Source of the DNA: a bacterium
GTDB lineage: Bacteria; Bacillota; Clostridia; Oscillospirales; Acutalibacteraceae
NCBI GenBank assembly: GCA_963620555.1
Contig: CAVFAN010000009.1
Span: 12,375-76,374, forward strand
Direction: 5' to 3'
Length of the DNA: 64,000 bases
The translations under genes and the position numbers were made by a program. The notes beneath the pieces were generated by a model. That model was not told where the DNA came from and did not search any database. It worked only from the letters and a program-made list of their open reading frames with translations. Each line of letters opens with the position of its first letter. Position 1 is the stretch's first letter. This document shows, piece by piece, positions 52,554 to 62,932 of the stretch.

Positions 52554-54264
52554 AGCGACTTTGCACGCTGAGCGGGTGGTCTCCGGGCAGGAGCCGTCCT
52601 GCCTTACGCACCGCATGGCGTGTGAACGACACCTGAACGAGATCGCCAAGCAAGGCACGAAAGAATTTCCGTTTGTGTGGTGCCCGGAGAAATCGGAGAA
52701 GATACTGCGATATGCTGAAATGCTGACGATAGCAGAGGGCGCGCAGCCGCGTCCGGTTCGGCTGCATGACTTTCAGTGCTTTGACCTGGGCGTGCCGTTT
52801 GGATGGGTGCATGCCGAGACGGGCTTCCGGCGCATCCGCCGAAAATATAAATCCGTCGCGAGACAGAACGGCAAGACCTTTGAAAACGGAATCACCGGGT
52901 CATATATCGCGAACTGGGGCGGATATAACTTCGGCAAGCTTTTCACGGCGGCGACGAAAAAGCGGCAGGCGCGAATCGCATGGGAAGAAATCCAGAAATT
53001 TATAACGGCCGACAAAGACCTGCAGGCGTTGTTTGACGTCAAGGACTATAAGAGTCTTATCATCGCCAAGCGCACCGGATGTACGATTGAGGCACTGTCG
53101 AGAGAGAGCGGGCTTGACGATGGATTCCGCGCAATCTTCTGCTCGGTCGACGAAATTCATCAGCACAAAGACAACGGAATTTATAAAGCTTTGTACAACG
53201 GTCAAGCCTCGCTTGACGAAGCTTTGATATCGATGATAACCACGCGCGGAAAAAGCCTAAACAGCTTTTGCCGCGAGATGGATGATTATTGCCTGCAGAT
53301 ACTTGCCGGTACGGCGGAAGCCGACGACTTTTTTGTTGACATTTACACACTGGACAAAGAAGACGACCCGTTTGACGAGAGCGTGTGGTATAAGGCGAAC
53401 CCGCACCTTGTGACAGTGCCGAGCTCGCTCGAACAGCTCCGCCGCGATGCACAGACGGCGAAGCAAATGGGCGGCTTTGAAATGTCCGACTATATGACGA
53501 AGCGCCAAAACCTGTGGTATGAGTACGGCGACACGCAGTACATCACGCCGAATGAGTGGAAGCTCGGTCGGACGGAGCTGACGATAGAAAATATGCGCGG
53601 TCGCAGATGTTTCGCCGGACTCGACCTTTCGAGCGGCGGAGACCTGACCTCGCTTGCGCTGCTTTTTCCGCTCGACGACGGCAAGCTATATGTCTGGTCG
53701 CACTCGTACATTCCGGCGAAGCGACTTGAAGAACATATCATCACGGACACCGCGCCTTACGATGTGTGGGCTAAGTCCGGATTGCTTACGCCGTCCGAAG
53801 CGGTCGGCGGTCTGAAAAACGATTATCTGCAAATCGTAGCGGATCTGAAAGAACTGCAGGAAAAGTTTGAAATCAACATCGCCTGCATCGGATATGACCC
53901 GCACAACGCAGATGCATTTTTGGAAGAACTTGATACGCTCGGCGCGCCGTTGCTTGAAGTAAAGCAGTCGGCGCGTTTTCTGTCGGACACGACGGTAGAT
54001 TTTGCGCTTGAAGTAAAAGCCGGGAATGTGCTTTACGACCAGCGGAACGCGCTGATGTCGTGGTCTATTGTCAACGCGAAAAAGACGAAGAACTCTTTTG
54101 GCGAAATCAAAGTTGACAAGGAAGTGAACGCACGGCACGCGCGCATCGATGTCGTCGATGCTATTATCGACGCGCATGTCGCGTATCGAAAATCCAGCAA
54201 GGAAGAGACGACGGACTATGAGACGGTGGTCGAAGATTATTTGAAGAAAATGGGGTGGGCTTGA
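52516..54264 (+). CDS. Terminase large subunit
   Basis: Terminase_1-type ATPase and nuclease collinearity. The start is uncertain (52516 TTG, 52525 or 52537 ATG) and overlaps the TerS end. Confidence 0.93.
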   Translation: MTRMRAVMRVQDRATLHAERVVSGQEPSCLTHRMACERHLNEIAKQGTKEFPFVWCPEKSEKILRYAEMLTIAEGAQPRPVRLHDFQCFDLGVPFGWVHAETGFRRIRRKYKSVARQNGKTFENGITGSYIANWGGYNFGKLFTAATKKRQARIAWEEIQKFITADKDLQALFDVKDYKSLIIAKRTGCTIEALSRESGLDDGFRAIFCSVDEIHQHKDNGIYKALYNGQASLDEALISMITTRGKSLNSFCREMDDYCLQILAGTAEADDFFVDIYTLDKEDDPFDESVWYKANPHLVTVPSSLEQLRRDAQTAKQMGGFEMSDYMTKRQNLWYEYGDTQYITPNEWKLGRTELTIENMRGRRCFAGLDLSSGGDLTSLALLFPLDDGKLYVWSHSYIPAKRLEEHIITDTAPYDVWAKSGLLTPSEAVGGLKNDYLQIVADLKELQEKFEINIACIGYDPHNADAFLEELDTLGAPLLEVKQSARFLSDTTVDFALEVKAGNVLYDQRNALMSWSIVNAKKTKNSFGEIKVDKEVNARHARIDVVDAIIDAHVAYRKSSKEETTDYETVVEDYLKKMGWA

Positions 54265-55493
54265 TGCCTTTGTTTAAGAAAAAAAGTGCAAGCGACCAGC
54301 AGACGGTCGAGCGGCAGGCGCTGCTTGATTTTCTCGGGATAAGCGACGACGGCGAGGCTCTGGGCGAAGCTACATATTTCGCCTGCTTGAAAATTTTGTC
54401 TGAAGCCATCGGAAAGATGCCGTTTAAAATCATGCGCACGACAGCCGGAGGCGGAATCGAGACGGCGAAGAAGCACGAGCTTTACCGCCTGCTTGCAATC
54501 CGTCCGAATCCGTATATGACCGCGACGCATTTTTGGTCAACGGTCGAAATCAACCGAAACCACTACGGCAACGCGTATGTTTGGATAACGGGAGCGGGCA
54601 AGAACACGAACCTGTGGTGCCTGCCGCCGGAAAGTGTGGAGATATACTGCGACGATAAAGGAATCTGGAACAGAAAGAAAGGTGCTATTTGGTATCTTTT
54701 CCACAATCCGAAAAGCGGCGAGACTGTCAGGATTCCACACGACAGCATTATGCATTTCCGCACATCCGTTTCTTTTGACGGTGTCGCCGGGCTGAGCGTC
54801 CGGGACCAGCTGAGCACAACGCTCGGCGGGAACATGCGCGGGCAGAAGATGTTAAACGAGATGTACAAAAACGGCTTTACCGCAAAAGCCGTTTTGCAGT
54901 ACACCGGCAACCTGAACGACGAACTCGAAAAGCGATATACCACGAAGATTGAAGAGTACATCACCGGAAAGGTCGACACGGTCAAAAATCTTGTGCCGAT
55001 TCCGGCGGGCTCGACCATTCAGCCGCTGAATATGAAACTCGCGGACAATCAGTTTATCGAGTTGAAAAAATACTCGGCACTGCAGATCGCCGCCGCCTTT
55101 GGAATCAAACCGAATCAGATCAATGACTATGAGAAAGCAAGCTACGCCGCCGCAGAGCAGCAGCAGCTTGCTTTTTATATTGACACGCTTTTGTACATCT
55201 TGAAGCAGTACGAGGACGAGGTCACCTACAAGCTTTTGAGCGATGAGGATATCGCGAGCGGGTACTTTGCGAAATTCAACGCGGCGGTCATTCTCCGCGC
55301 CGACTTTAAGACGCAGCTTGAAGCTATGGCGACCGCAGTGCAAAACGCCATTTACACACCAAACGAGGCACGCGCCTATTTGGATAAAGGCGAGCGTCCG
55401 GGCGGCGACCAGTTGATATGCAACGGCTCTATGCTGCCGCTGACGCAAGCCGGAATTCAGTACACCAAAGGAGGTGAAAAAAATGAAGATTGA
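54264..55493 (+). CDS. Portal protein (HK97 family)
   Basis: ATG 54264 overlaps the TerL TGA. The size and sequence pattern match HK97-type portals. Confidence 0.92.
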   Translation: MPLFKKKSASDQQTVERQALLDFLGISDDGEALGEATYFACLKILSEAIGKMPFKIMRTTAGGGIETAKKHELYRLLAIRPNPYMTATHFWSTVEINRNHYGNAYVWITGAGKNTNLWCLPPESVEIYCDDKGIWNRKKGAIWYLFHNPKSGETVRIPHDSIMHFRTSVSFDGVAGLSVRDQLSTTLGGNMRGQKMLNEMYKNGFTAKAVLQYTGNLNDELEKRYTTKIEEYITGKVDTVKNLVPIPAGSTIQPLNMKLADNQFIELKKYSALQIAAAFGIKPNQINDYEKASYAAAEQQQLAFYIDTLLYILKQYEDEVTYKLLSDEDIASGYFAKFNAAVILRADFKTQLEAMATAVQNAIYTPNEARAYLDKGERPGGDQLICNGSMLPLTQAGIQYTKGGEKNED

Positions 55494-56181
55494 CAAATGC
55501 GCCATTGTCAAGAGCCTTGAGCTTGACGATGAAAAAATGGCGAAAATTAACGCCTGCACGCTGAAAGAGCTGACTGCCGAAGAGGTATTTGCCTTTAAGA
55601 TGGTCGCCTGCGACAACGAGATTGACCGCGACTTTGAGGCGTTTTCCGGCGAGACGCTTGAACAGCTTGCCGAGCTGTACAAAGGCAAAACCGTCATAAG
55701 CGACCATATTCCGCAGAGCACAAATCAGTGCGCCCGGATTTTTGACGCTGAGGTTATAACCAGTTCCGGCGAGACCACCAAGACCGGCGAAGAGTATAAG
55801 CAGCTCGTTTTGCACTGCTACTGCATCAAGGCAACGAGCGGGCAGCTCATCGCCGAAATTGAAGGTGGCATCAAAAAGGAGTGCAGCGTCGGGTGTAGCG
55901 TCAAGTCTGCGCAGTGCTCTATTTGCGGCGGCGATGCCAGACGGTGCGAGCACTATCGCGGCAAACAGTACGACGGCGCGCTTTGCTTTTATAAGCTTGT
56001 CGGCGCAGTTGACGCTTATGAGGTCTCTTTTGTCGCCGTTCCAGCCCAACGCACGGCGGGCGTGACCAAGGAGTTCGAGGGCGGGGAACCGCCCGAAGAA
56101 AAAGAAAAGTCCACAGACTACACGGATGCCATACGCATCCGTGAAAATTTTATCTACACGGAGGAATCAAACGATGAATAA
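55483..56181 (+). CDS. Prohead maturation protease (HK97/S78-like)
   Basis: AAAGGAGG lies 8 nt before ATG 55483. The pattern DNEIDRDFEAF ... YEVSFVAVPAQ is typical of prohead proteases. Confidence 0.82.
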   Translation: MKIDKCAIVKSLELDDEKMAKINACTLKELTAEEVFAFKMVACDNEIDRDFEAFSGETLEQLAELYKGKTVISDHIPQSTNQCARIFDAEVITSSGETTKTGEEYKQLVLHCYCIKATSGQLIAEIEGGIKKECSVGCSVKSAQCSICGGDARRCEHYRGKQYDGALCFYKLVGAVDAYEVSFVAVPAQRTAGVTKEFEGGEPPEEKEKSTDYTDAIRIRENFIYTEESNDE

Positions 56182-57310
56182 GAAAATGAGAGACCTACTT
56201 GCCAAAATCAAGTCCAAGACCGAAGAGGCAAGGCAGCACAACGAGGCAGGCGAGGTTGACCTTGTCAAGGCTTGCCTCGACGAGGTTGACACCCTCAAGG
56301 GCGAGTACGAGACCGAGAAGCGTCTTTTTGAGGCGGAGCAGGACGAGCTCGACCCCAAGGAGCATGGCGACAACGGCGGTGCGGATGTCAGCGAAGAGAA
56401 GAGCTTTGTCGAGTACCTGAGAAAGGCGGCATCGTCCGGCATGTCGCAGGGCGCGAACGGTGCGATTATCCCGAAAACTATCGCGAGCAAGATAATCACC
56501 GATATTATCAACATCTCGCCTATCGTCGAGAGGGCGACGAAGTACTACACCAAGGGCGCACTGTCGATTCCGGTTTACGGCACCGACGCAAGCGCGGATT
56601 CTCCGACCGGAGACATCGCCGCAGCATATCAGGGCGCAGAGTTTACCGCGCTGACTGCAGGACAGGGCAAGTTTACGAGCGTTGACCTTTCCGGTTATGT
56701 CCTCGGCGCGCTGACCGTCATTTCCAACAAGCTCATCAACAACACCGACATCAACATTGTCGCAAAGGTTGAGGAGCTTATGACCGAGGCTTTCCGCGTA
56801 AAGCTCGAGCGCGAGCTTATCCACGGCACGAGCGGTAAGATGACCGGCGCGGTCTCGACTACCAACAAGATGACGCTGACTACCTACGCGCTTTCCGGCA
56901 TCACCTTTGATGTCCTTATCGAGATGCAGGCAATGGTGCCGCAGATCTACCAGTCCAATGCGATGTGGATTATGAGCAACAAGACCTTTACCGCGCTCAG
57001 AAAGACCAAGAACTCGCAGAACGACTACATTATGAAGGACATCGAGACTGGCTTCGGCTGGAAGATACTCGGCTCGCCTGTCTATCTCTCCGACGCAATG
57101 GACGAGGCAACCGTGCAGGAGGGCTTCCCCGTCCTCTACGGCGACTTTTCGGGCATGGCGCTGAAAATCGCGAAGCAGCTTGAACTGCAGGTGCTTAACG
57201 AGAAGTACGCCGACAAGAACGCCAAGGGCGTTGTCGGTTGGCTTGAAGCCGATTCCAAGGTCGAAAACAATCAGAAGATTGCCGTGCTGCAGTCCGGCAA
57301 GGCCGGCTGA
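56174..57310 (+). CDS. Major capsid protein (HK97 fold)
   Basis: N-terminal delta-domain-like coiled coil followed by the capsid core. GGAGGA RBS before ATG 56174. Confidence 0.92.
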   Translation: MNKKMRDLLAKIKSKTEEARQHNEAGEVDLVKACLDEVDTLKGEYETEKRLFEAEQDELDPKEHGDNGGADVSEEKSFVEYLRKAASSGMSQGANGAIIPKTIASKIITDIINISPIVERATKYYTKGALSIPVYGTDASADSPTGDIAAAYQGAEFTALTAGQGKFTSVDLSGYVLGALTVISNKLINNTDINIVAKVEELMTEAFRVKLERELIHGTSGKMTGAVSTTNKMTLTTYALSGITFDVLIEMQAMVPQIYQSNAMWIMSNKTFTALRKTKNSQNDYIMKDIETGFGWKILGSPVYLSDAMDEATVQEGFPVLYGDFSGMALKIAKQLELQVLNEKYADKNAKGVVGWLEADSKVENNQKIAVLQSGKAG

Positions 57311-57323
57311 GGCGGTGTAAGCA

Positions 57324-57620
57324 ATGACCGTATCACTGGCGGAGGCGAAACGCTTCCTGCGTGTTGATGACGATGTTGACAACGCAATGATAAAAGGCTT
57401 TATCGACGCGGCCGAGAAATTTCTCTCGGCTGCAGTCGGCAGCGACTGCGACCTTAACGATCCGCGCGCACAGTTTCTTGTGCTCGTCGCCGTGCGTGAT
57501 ATGTACGACGGCGGCGAGCTGAACCGCACGGTGTCGGCTAACACCGAAAAGCTTTTTAACAGTTTTGCGCTGCAGCTTAGAACGGAGGCGGGTGCCGATG
57601 TATCTGAAAAACAGAATTGA
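57324..57620 (+). CDS. Head-tail connector (gp6-like)
   Basis: The N-terminus LAEAKRFLRVDDDVDNAMIKGFIDAA is typical of gp6-like connectors. Confidence 0.85.
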   Translation: MTVSLAEAKRFLRVDDDVDNAMIKGFIDAAEKFLSAAVGSDCDLNDPRAQFLVLVAVRDMYDGGELNRTVSANTEKLFNSFALQLRTEAGADVSEKQN

Positions 57621-57906
57621 GGTCGCCTATATCTACAAGAGCGGGCAGGATGCCGACGGTTACGAGAAAAATACCGAGCGGCGCTTGCCGCTGTGGGCGC
57701 ATGCGGAGTCGTCAAAGTCGAGCGAGTTTTACGAAGCGGCGCAGGTCGGCATGAAAGTCGAGCGGGTCTATGCCGTGCGCTCGCGGTCTTTTGACCGCCG
57801 CAGCAAGTTTGTTTACGACGGCGAAACAAAGCTGCAGATAACGCGCGTCTATGACCGTCTCGACGGTCTGACGGAACTGCACTGTTCCGATATGAAGGTG
57901 GACTGA
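57598..57906 (+). CDS. Head closure / head-tail adaptor protein
   Basis: The start MYLKNRIEV... and the size and position fit the Phage_H_T_join family. Confidence 0.78.
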   Translation: MYLKNRIEVAYIYKSGQDADGYEKNTERRLPLWAHAESSKSSEFYEAAQVGMKVERVYAVRSRSFDRRSKFVYDGETKLQITRVYDRLDGLTELHCSDMKVD

Positions 57907-57907
57907 A

Positions 57908-58348
57908 ATGGGAAAGTTTGATTTTGAAATCGACCCGGCTTTTTTACGAAGTCTCGGCAAGCTGTCAGATGTCGATAAGTATGCGCCGCAGATGGTCAAT
58001 GCTGCGGTGCCAATCCTCGAAAAGCGAGTCAAAGCCGAGCTTGCGAAACATCGCAGAACCGGAACGATGATTAACAGCGTCAAAAAGACACGCGCAAAGA
58101 GGACAAAAGACGGCGCATATATCGCCACGGTCAGACCGACCGGGGTCGCGACGCAATACATCAACTCAAAAGGCGAACTTAAAGAGCGTAAAACACCAGT
58201 CCGCAACATGGAAATTCTCGCGCACATGGAGTACGGCACGAAAAAACAAGCACCGACACCAATCCTGACGAAAGCTCTGAACGACAGCAAGAGCGAGTGC
58301 GAGCGGGCAATGGCCGAAGCGTTTAAGAAAGAAACGGGGTTAAAGTGA
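57908..58348 (+). CDS. HK97 gp10-family tail-component protein
   Basis: RRTGTMINSVK-type motif and position in the tail module. Confidence 0.82.
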   Translation: MGKFDFEIDPAFLRSLGKLSDVDKYAPQMVNAAVPILEKRVKAELAKHRRTGTMINSVKKTRAKRTKDGAYIATVRPTGVATQYINSKGELKERKTPVRNMEILAHMEYGTKKQAPTPILTKALNDSKSECERAMAEAFKKETGLK

Positions 58349-58695
58349 TGAATGTAAATCAGCTGATAAGGTCCGCGCTCGGCGACCTTGGAATGAAAAT
58401 ATATCCAAATTTTTATTCCGGCGACGATGAGGAATATATCACTTTTTCCTATCTTGACGAGCGGCCGGAGTTTTGGGCGGACAATGAGCCGATATATGAC
58501 GGCACATATGTGCGCGTGTCGCTGTGGACGCGGAATAATCCGCAGAAATACAAAAAGCAAATCAGAAAACGGCTCCGTGCGGCGGGCTTTACGGTCACGT
58601 CAACCGCGGAGCTGTACGACGAAGAAAAAAACTATGTCCAGATTGCGGTCGATGCCGAAATCGAGGGCGTAGTCAATGACGAGGAGGACGATTAA
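58345..58695 (+). CDS. Tail completion/terminator-like protein
   Basis: Assigned from its position between gp10-like and the major tail protein, and its size of about 116 aa. Confidence 0.6.
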   Translation: MMNVNQLIRSALGDLGMKIYPNFYSGDDEEYITFSYLDERPEFWADNEPIYDGTYVRVSLWTRNNPQKYKKQIRKRLRAAGFTVTSTAELYDEEKNYVQIAVDAEIEGVVNDEEDD

Positions 58696-58698
58696 AAA

Positions 58699-59286
58699 AT
58701 GGCACAGTTTAAAGCATCTCTGCCTATTTTCGCGCCGATTAAGTCTGAGACTGACTCGGCGATAACTTATGAAAACGGTGCTTTTGTCGGCAAGATGGTC
58801 AAGACCGAAGTCAAGCCGAATAAGGTCGAAGGCTCGCTCTATGCCGATGACGCGCTGGCGGAGTATGAAACAGAATTTAAAGACGCCGACATCACTCTTG
58901 AAACGTCAACCATCCCGGTCGAGGTTTTTGTGAGCATGTTCGGCGAGACCAAGACGGAGGGCACCGGCACGAGCACGCCTAAACCGACCGTGCTGACTTC
59001 AAAGGAGAGCGACGCACCGGCATACGGCGGCTACGGCTTTGTTTCCGTCGAGGTTGTGGACGGCGTCAGAAAATATCTGGCCTATGTTGTCCACAAAGTA
59101 AAATTCTCGCTCCCGAGCGAGACGCACACCACCAAAGGCGACAACATCACCTTTAACACCTCGTCGCTCGAAGGCAAGGCGATAGCGGACAAGTCCGGAG
59201 CGTGGCGCACCAAGACCTATTACGCCACCGCCGCCGAGGCAATAACCGCACTTAAAACCAAGTTCGGAATCTCAACTTCCGACTAA
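58699..59286 (+). CDS. Major tail protein (phi13/TP901-1 type)
   Basis: The N-terminus AQFKASLPIFAPIKSETDSAITYENG and its position before the chaperone and tape-measure genes. Confidence 0.85.
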   Translation: MAQFKASLPIFAPIKSETDSAITYENGAFVGKMVKTEVKPNKVEGSLYADDALAEYETEFKDADITLETSTIPVEVFVSMFGETKTEGTGTSTPKPTVLTSKESDAPAYGGYGFVSVEVVDGVRKYLAYVVHKVKFSLPSETHTTKGDNITFNTSSLEGKAIADKSGAWRTKTYYATAAEAITALKTKFGISTSD

Positions 59287-59333
59287 AAAACCAAAAGGAG
59301 GAGCGGGCGGGGAAACTCGCCCGCACATCTGTT

Positions 59334-59765
59334 ATGAATGCTATCATATGCGAAACAAAAGAAAGACGAGTTCCGCTGACTATCGGCGGAAAGACATATA
59401 ACATCGCGCTGACGCTTAACTGCATAGAGCAGCTGCAGGAGAGATACGGCGAGCTTGAGAACGTCTTCGAGGCATCGAGCGAGGTCAAACAGCTTAAGTG
59501 GATCCTTGCCGTGCTTATCAATGACGCGGTTGACGCCTACAACGACGACCACGAGGACAAGCTCGAGCATGTCACCGAGAGCTATGTCGGCAGAAAAATC
59601 GACATAGGAAACATCAGCGAGTACACCAATGTGCTGATGCAGACTTTCGGCGTGTCGCTTCCGACCGCCGAGGAGCTGCCGGAGGACGATGAGCTGAATG
59701 CCGCCGTTGACGCTGTGGCGGAGGCCGAGGGGCTTGACGAGCTAAAAAACAGCGCAGCCGAGTGA
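59334..59765 (+). CDS. Tail assembly chaperone (G-like)
   Basis: Acidic 143-aa protein immediately upstream of the tape measure gene. Confidence 0.75.
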   Translation: MNAIICETKERRVPLTIGGKTYNIALTLNCIEQLQERYGELENVFEASSEVKQLKWILAVLINDAVDAYNDDHEDKLEHVTESYVGRKIDIGNISEYTNVLMQTFGVSLPTAEELPEDDELNAAVDAVAEAEGLDELKNSAAE

Positions 59766-59923
59766 CTGTTGATGTGGATCTGTGGATATTCCGCGCGACA
59801 GCCTTACTCGGCTTCCCGTTTACAAAGGCGTGGCGGTTAACATTGCGGCAACTGTCAAGCCTTTTTGAAAATTATTGCATATGGCACGGATTATTAAAAA
59901 AAGAGGAGGTGGAAGATGACTAA
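59744..59923 (+). other. Putative -1 programmed frameshift site and T-extension of the tail chaperone
   Basis: The slippery heptamer A_AAA_AAC (59744-59750) is in the correct zero frame. The -1 frame stays open for 57 codons and stops at TAA 59921-59923, overlapping the tape-measure ATG. Confidence 0.6.
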
Positions 59924-62229
59924 TGGCGGGAAGCATAGCATATATGCGAGGTTCAATCGTACTTGACGGCGAAGCTGATTTTAAAAAAGCCGTAACTGAT
60001 ATCAATAAAAGTTTGTCAGTGCTAAAAAGCGAGATGAAGAAGAATGACGCCGTTTTTTTGGAAAATAAAGACAAAATGCAGCTGTGGACATCACAGGGCG
60101 AAGTGCTTTCTGAATCCGCGAAGCAACAGCAAGAAAAGATTAATATGATAAAAATCGCGTTGCACAACGCGAATCAAAAATACGGCGAAGGAACAGAACA
60201 GGTACGAAGCTGGACCTTAAAGCTGAACAACGCAGAAGCCGAGCTTGCCAAGACCAAAGCCAGATTGAACGAAGTCAACGAAAGTTTGGAAGAAGCCAAG
60301 GAGAAAAAACCGGAAACGGCTATTGAAAAGTTTGGCGCGGCGCTGAAAGGCACGCATGACAAAATTGACGCGTTTAAAGAAAAAATCAATGTCTTTGATA
60401 AGCTGAAAAACAAGTTAAACGACGCGAAGGAACGTTTTAATTATTTCCGCAAGGGAACCGATGAAGTCGGAGATGGCCTTGAAGATGCCGGTGAGAAGAG
60501 CTTAAAGTTTGGCGACCGTATCAAGGCAAATGTCATAAGCGACATCATTGTCGGCGGCTTGAAAAAAGTCGTCTCGGCTTGCAAAAGCATCGCAAAGGGC
60601 GTTGTGGACTTTGTTAAAGATTCCGTTTCCGCTTTTGGCGAGCTCGAGCAGAACCTCGGCGGCTCGGAGGCGGTCTTTGGCGCGTATGCCGACTCTGTTG
60701 TCGCCAAAAGTAAAGAAGCCTATAAAAACATGGGTGTTGCTCAAAGCGAATACCTCGCGACGGCGAACAAAATGGGCTCGCTGTTCCAGGGCTCCGGGCT
60801 GTCGCAGGAGCGCAGCCTTGAGCTGACCACAAAAGCTATGCAGCGCGCGACCGACGTCGCGTCCGTCATGGGCATTGACACATCGCAGGCGCTTGAGTCT
60901 ATCGCAGGCGCGGCTAAGGGCAACTTTACAATGATGGACAACCTCGGTGTCGCGATGAATGCGACGACGCTCGAAGCTTATGCCGCCGGAAAGGGAATTA
61001 ACTTTGTATGGAATAAAGCGTCGAACGCCGAGAAAGCCGAGCTTGCAATGCAGATGTTTTTTGAGAAAACAGAGCAGTATGCGGGCAACTTTGCGCGCGA
61101 AGCCGAAGGAACGCTGACCGGATCTATCGGAATGGCGCAGGCGGCAATACAGACGCTCAAGGAAAATCTCGGCAACAGCGAAGCCGACCTTGAGCCGATG
61201 ATAATGAATCTGCTTAACTCTGTCAAGGCGGTCATTCGAAACGCCGCGCCAGTCGTGCAGAATGTTATCAACGCGATTTTGGAACAGACGCCGTTACTGC
61301 TTAAAGCAGGCGCGCAGATGGTTAACTCTCTGCTCGACGGCCTTGTCTCCAACCTCGCGCCGATACTCTCCGGTGCGGTTGATGTCGTCTTTACCTTAGT
61401 CGATGGCATCGTCGCAAATCTCGACCCGATCATGCAGGCGGCGGTCACGCTTATAGTCGTGCTCGTCGGCGCGCTTGCGGACAATATCGACAAGGTGATA
61501 GATGCGGCGTTTACGCTCGTGGACTCACTCGTCAACGCGCTGCTTAAAGACGACAATCTTTCAAAAATTCTAAACTCGGCGGTCAGACTGGTGATAGAGA
61601 TATCAACCGGGCTTATCGCAAATGCTCCGCGCCTTATCACGGCGGCGTTTCAGCTGATCGGCGGCATCGTCAAAGGCTTATGGGATAACAAGGGTCTCGT
61701 CGTTGACGCAATCGTCAAGGTCTGTAAAGCGATAGTCGAGGGCTTCAAAAACTTTTTCGGCATACACTCGCCGTCAACTGTTTTCGCCGGACTCGGCAAG
61801 AATTTACTTGAAGGTCTGTGGAACGGTATCCAGAACATGAAGGACTGGCTTATCCGAAAAATCAAGTCTCTCGGCTCTGCCGTCACAGACGCGATGAAAT
61901 CGGTGCTCGGCATACACTCGCCGTCGACCGTTTTTCGCGACCAAATCGGTAAGAACATGGCTCTCGGCGTTGGCGTCGGTTTTGAAACCACCATGCGTGA
62001 TGTCGCGAAGAGAATGACCGACTCCATTCCGATGGATGTCGATATAAACGCGACCGGGAATTTCACCGCGCGTCGAGCGCAGGCGGCAATTAGCGGCGGC
62101 AATAAGGTTTATAACTTTAATGTCACCATAAATGCCGCGGACGGCGGGGGCGACGTGAGAGCCCTCGCTTCGCGCATCGCCGAAGAAATCTACGACGAGA
62201 TGCGCAGAAAGGAGCGGGCATATGCCTAA
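59923..62229 (+). CDS. Tail tape measure protein
   Basis: 768 aa, with an N-terminal coiled coil, A/G/L-rich helical repeats, and a duplicated GIHSPSTVF motif. Confidence 0.93.
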   Translation: MAGSIAYMRGSIVLDGEADFKKAVTDINKSLSVLKSEMKKNDAVFLENKDKMQLWTSQGEVLSESAKQQQEKINMIKIALHNANQKYGEGTEQVRSWTLKLNNAEAELAKTKARLNEVNESLEEAKEKKPETAIEKFGAALKGTHDKIDAFKEKINVFDKLKNKLNDAKERFNYFRKGTDEVGDGLEDAGEKSLKFGDRIKANVISDIIVGGLKKVVSACKSIAKGVVDFVKDSVSAFGELEQNLGGSEAVFGAYADSVVAKSKEAYKNMGVAQSEYLATANKMGSLFQGSGLSQERSLELTTKAMQRATDVASVMGIDTSQALESIAGAAKGNFTMMDNLGVAMNATTLEAYAAGKGINFVWNKASNAEKAELAMQMFFEKTEQYAGNFAREAEGTLTGSIGMAQAAIQTLKENLGNSEADLEPMIMNLLNSVKAVIRNAAPVVQNVINAILEQTPLLLKAGAQMVNSLLDGLVSNLAPILSGAVDVVFTLVDGIVANLDPIMQAAVTLIVVLVGALADNIDKVIDAAFTLVDSLVNALLKDDNLSKILNSAVRLVIEISTGLIANAPRLITAAFQLIGGIVKGLWDNKGLVVDAIVKVCKAIVEGFKNFFGIHSPSTVFAGLGKNLLEGLWNGIQNMKDWLIRKIKSLGSAVTDAMKSVLGIHSPSTVFRDQIGKNMALGVGVGFETTMRDVAKRMTDSIPMDVDINATGNFTARRAQAAISGGNKVYNFNVTINAADGGGDVRALASRIAEEIYDEMRRKERAYA

Positions 62230-62932
62230 AACTTTCACTTTCAATTCAAAAAAATCGAGCGACCTCGGCCTTGTGGTGCAGGGGGCAACAATCAACAAAA
62301 CACCGGCGCGACCGTATGATCTGCAAAAGATTCCCGGCCGCGCCGGACTTTTGATAATCGACTCGAGCATCGACGACCTTGAAAATGTCGAAATCACCTA
62401 TACAGTCGGCTGCAAAGATATCGCGGCAAACCGTGACGCTGTCGCGGACTGGCTTTTTGGCAGTGCGGCATATGCCAAACTGACGGACAGTTCCGACGCG
62501 AGCAGTTACCGTATGGCAATCTGCACGAGCGGGCAGGATTGGGACGAGCAAATCCGGAACTTCGGCACGGCAAAGCTGGTATTCAGCTGCAAACCGTTCC
62601 GCTTCCTGACTTCCGGCGACACTAAAACGACGCTGACGGCGGCAGGAAAAATCACCAATCCGACGGCTTATTCCGCACTGCCATATATCAAGATATACGG
62701 CAGTGGAAACATCACGCTTTCGATCGGCGGACAGTCTTTCCCGTTTTTAAACATCAGCAGTTACATCGAGTGTGACAGTGCTCTGCAGCTGGTCTATACC
62801 GGCGCGACCGGAAAGTCGGACAGAGCTAATTTTGACAGCTTTCCGGTGCTGTCGCCCGGAGAAAATTCCGTTAGTTGGAGCGGCGGAACCGTAACAAAGG
62901 TCGAGATCGTGCCGCACTGGAGGCGCTTATGA
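62222..62932 (+). CDS. Distal tail protein (Dit, Sipho_tail family)
   Basis: Position after the tape measure gene, and the N-terminus TFTFNSKKSSDLGLVV. Confidence 0.85.
   Translation: MPKTFTFNSKKSSDLGLVVQGATINKTPARPYDLQKIPGRAGLLIIDSSIDDLENVEITYTVGCKDIAANRDAVADWLFGSAAYAKLTDSSDASSYRMAICTSGQDWDEQIRNFGTAKLVFSCKPFRFLTSGDTKTTLTAAGKITNPTAYSALPYIKIYGSGNITLSIGGQSFPFLNISSYIECDSALQLVYTGATGKSDRANFDSFPVLSPGENSVSWSGGTVTKVEIVPHWRRL

Noticed and set aside
56195-57829. 544-aa minus-strand ORF.
   Set aside because: It is an antisense shadow of the major capsid and connector genes.
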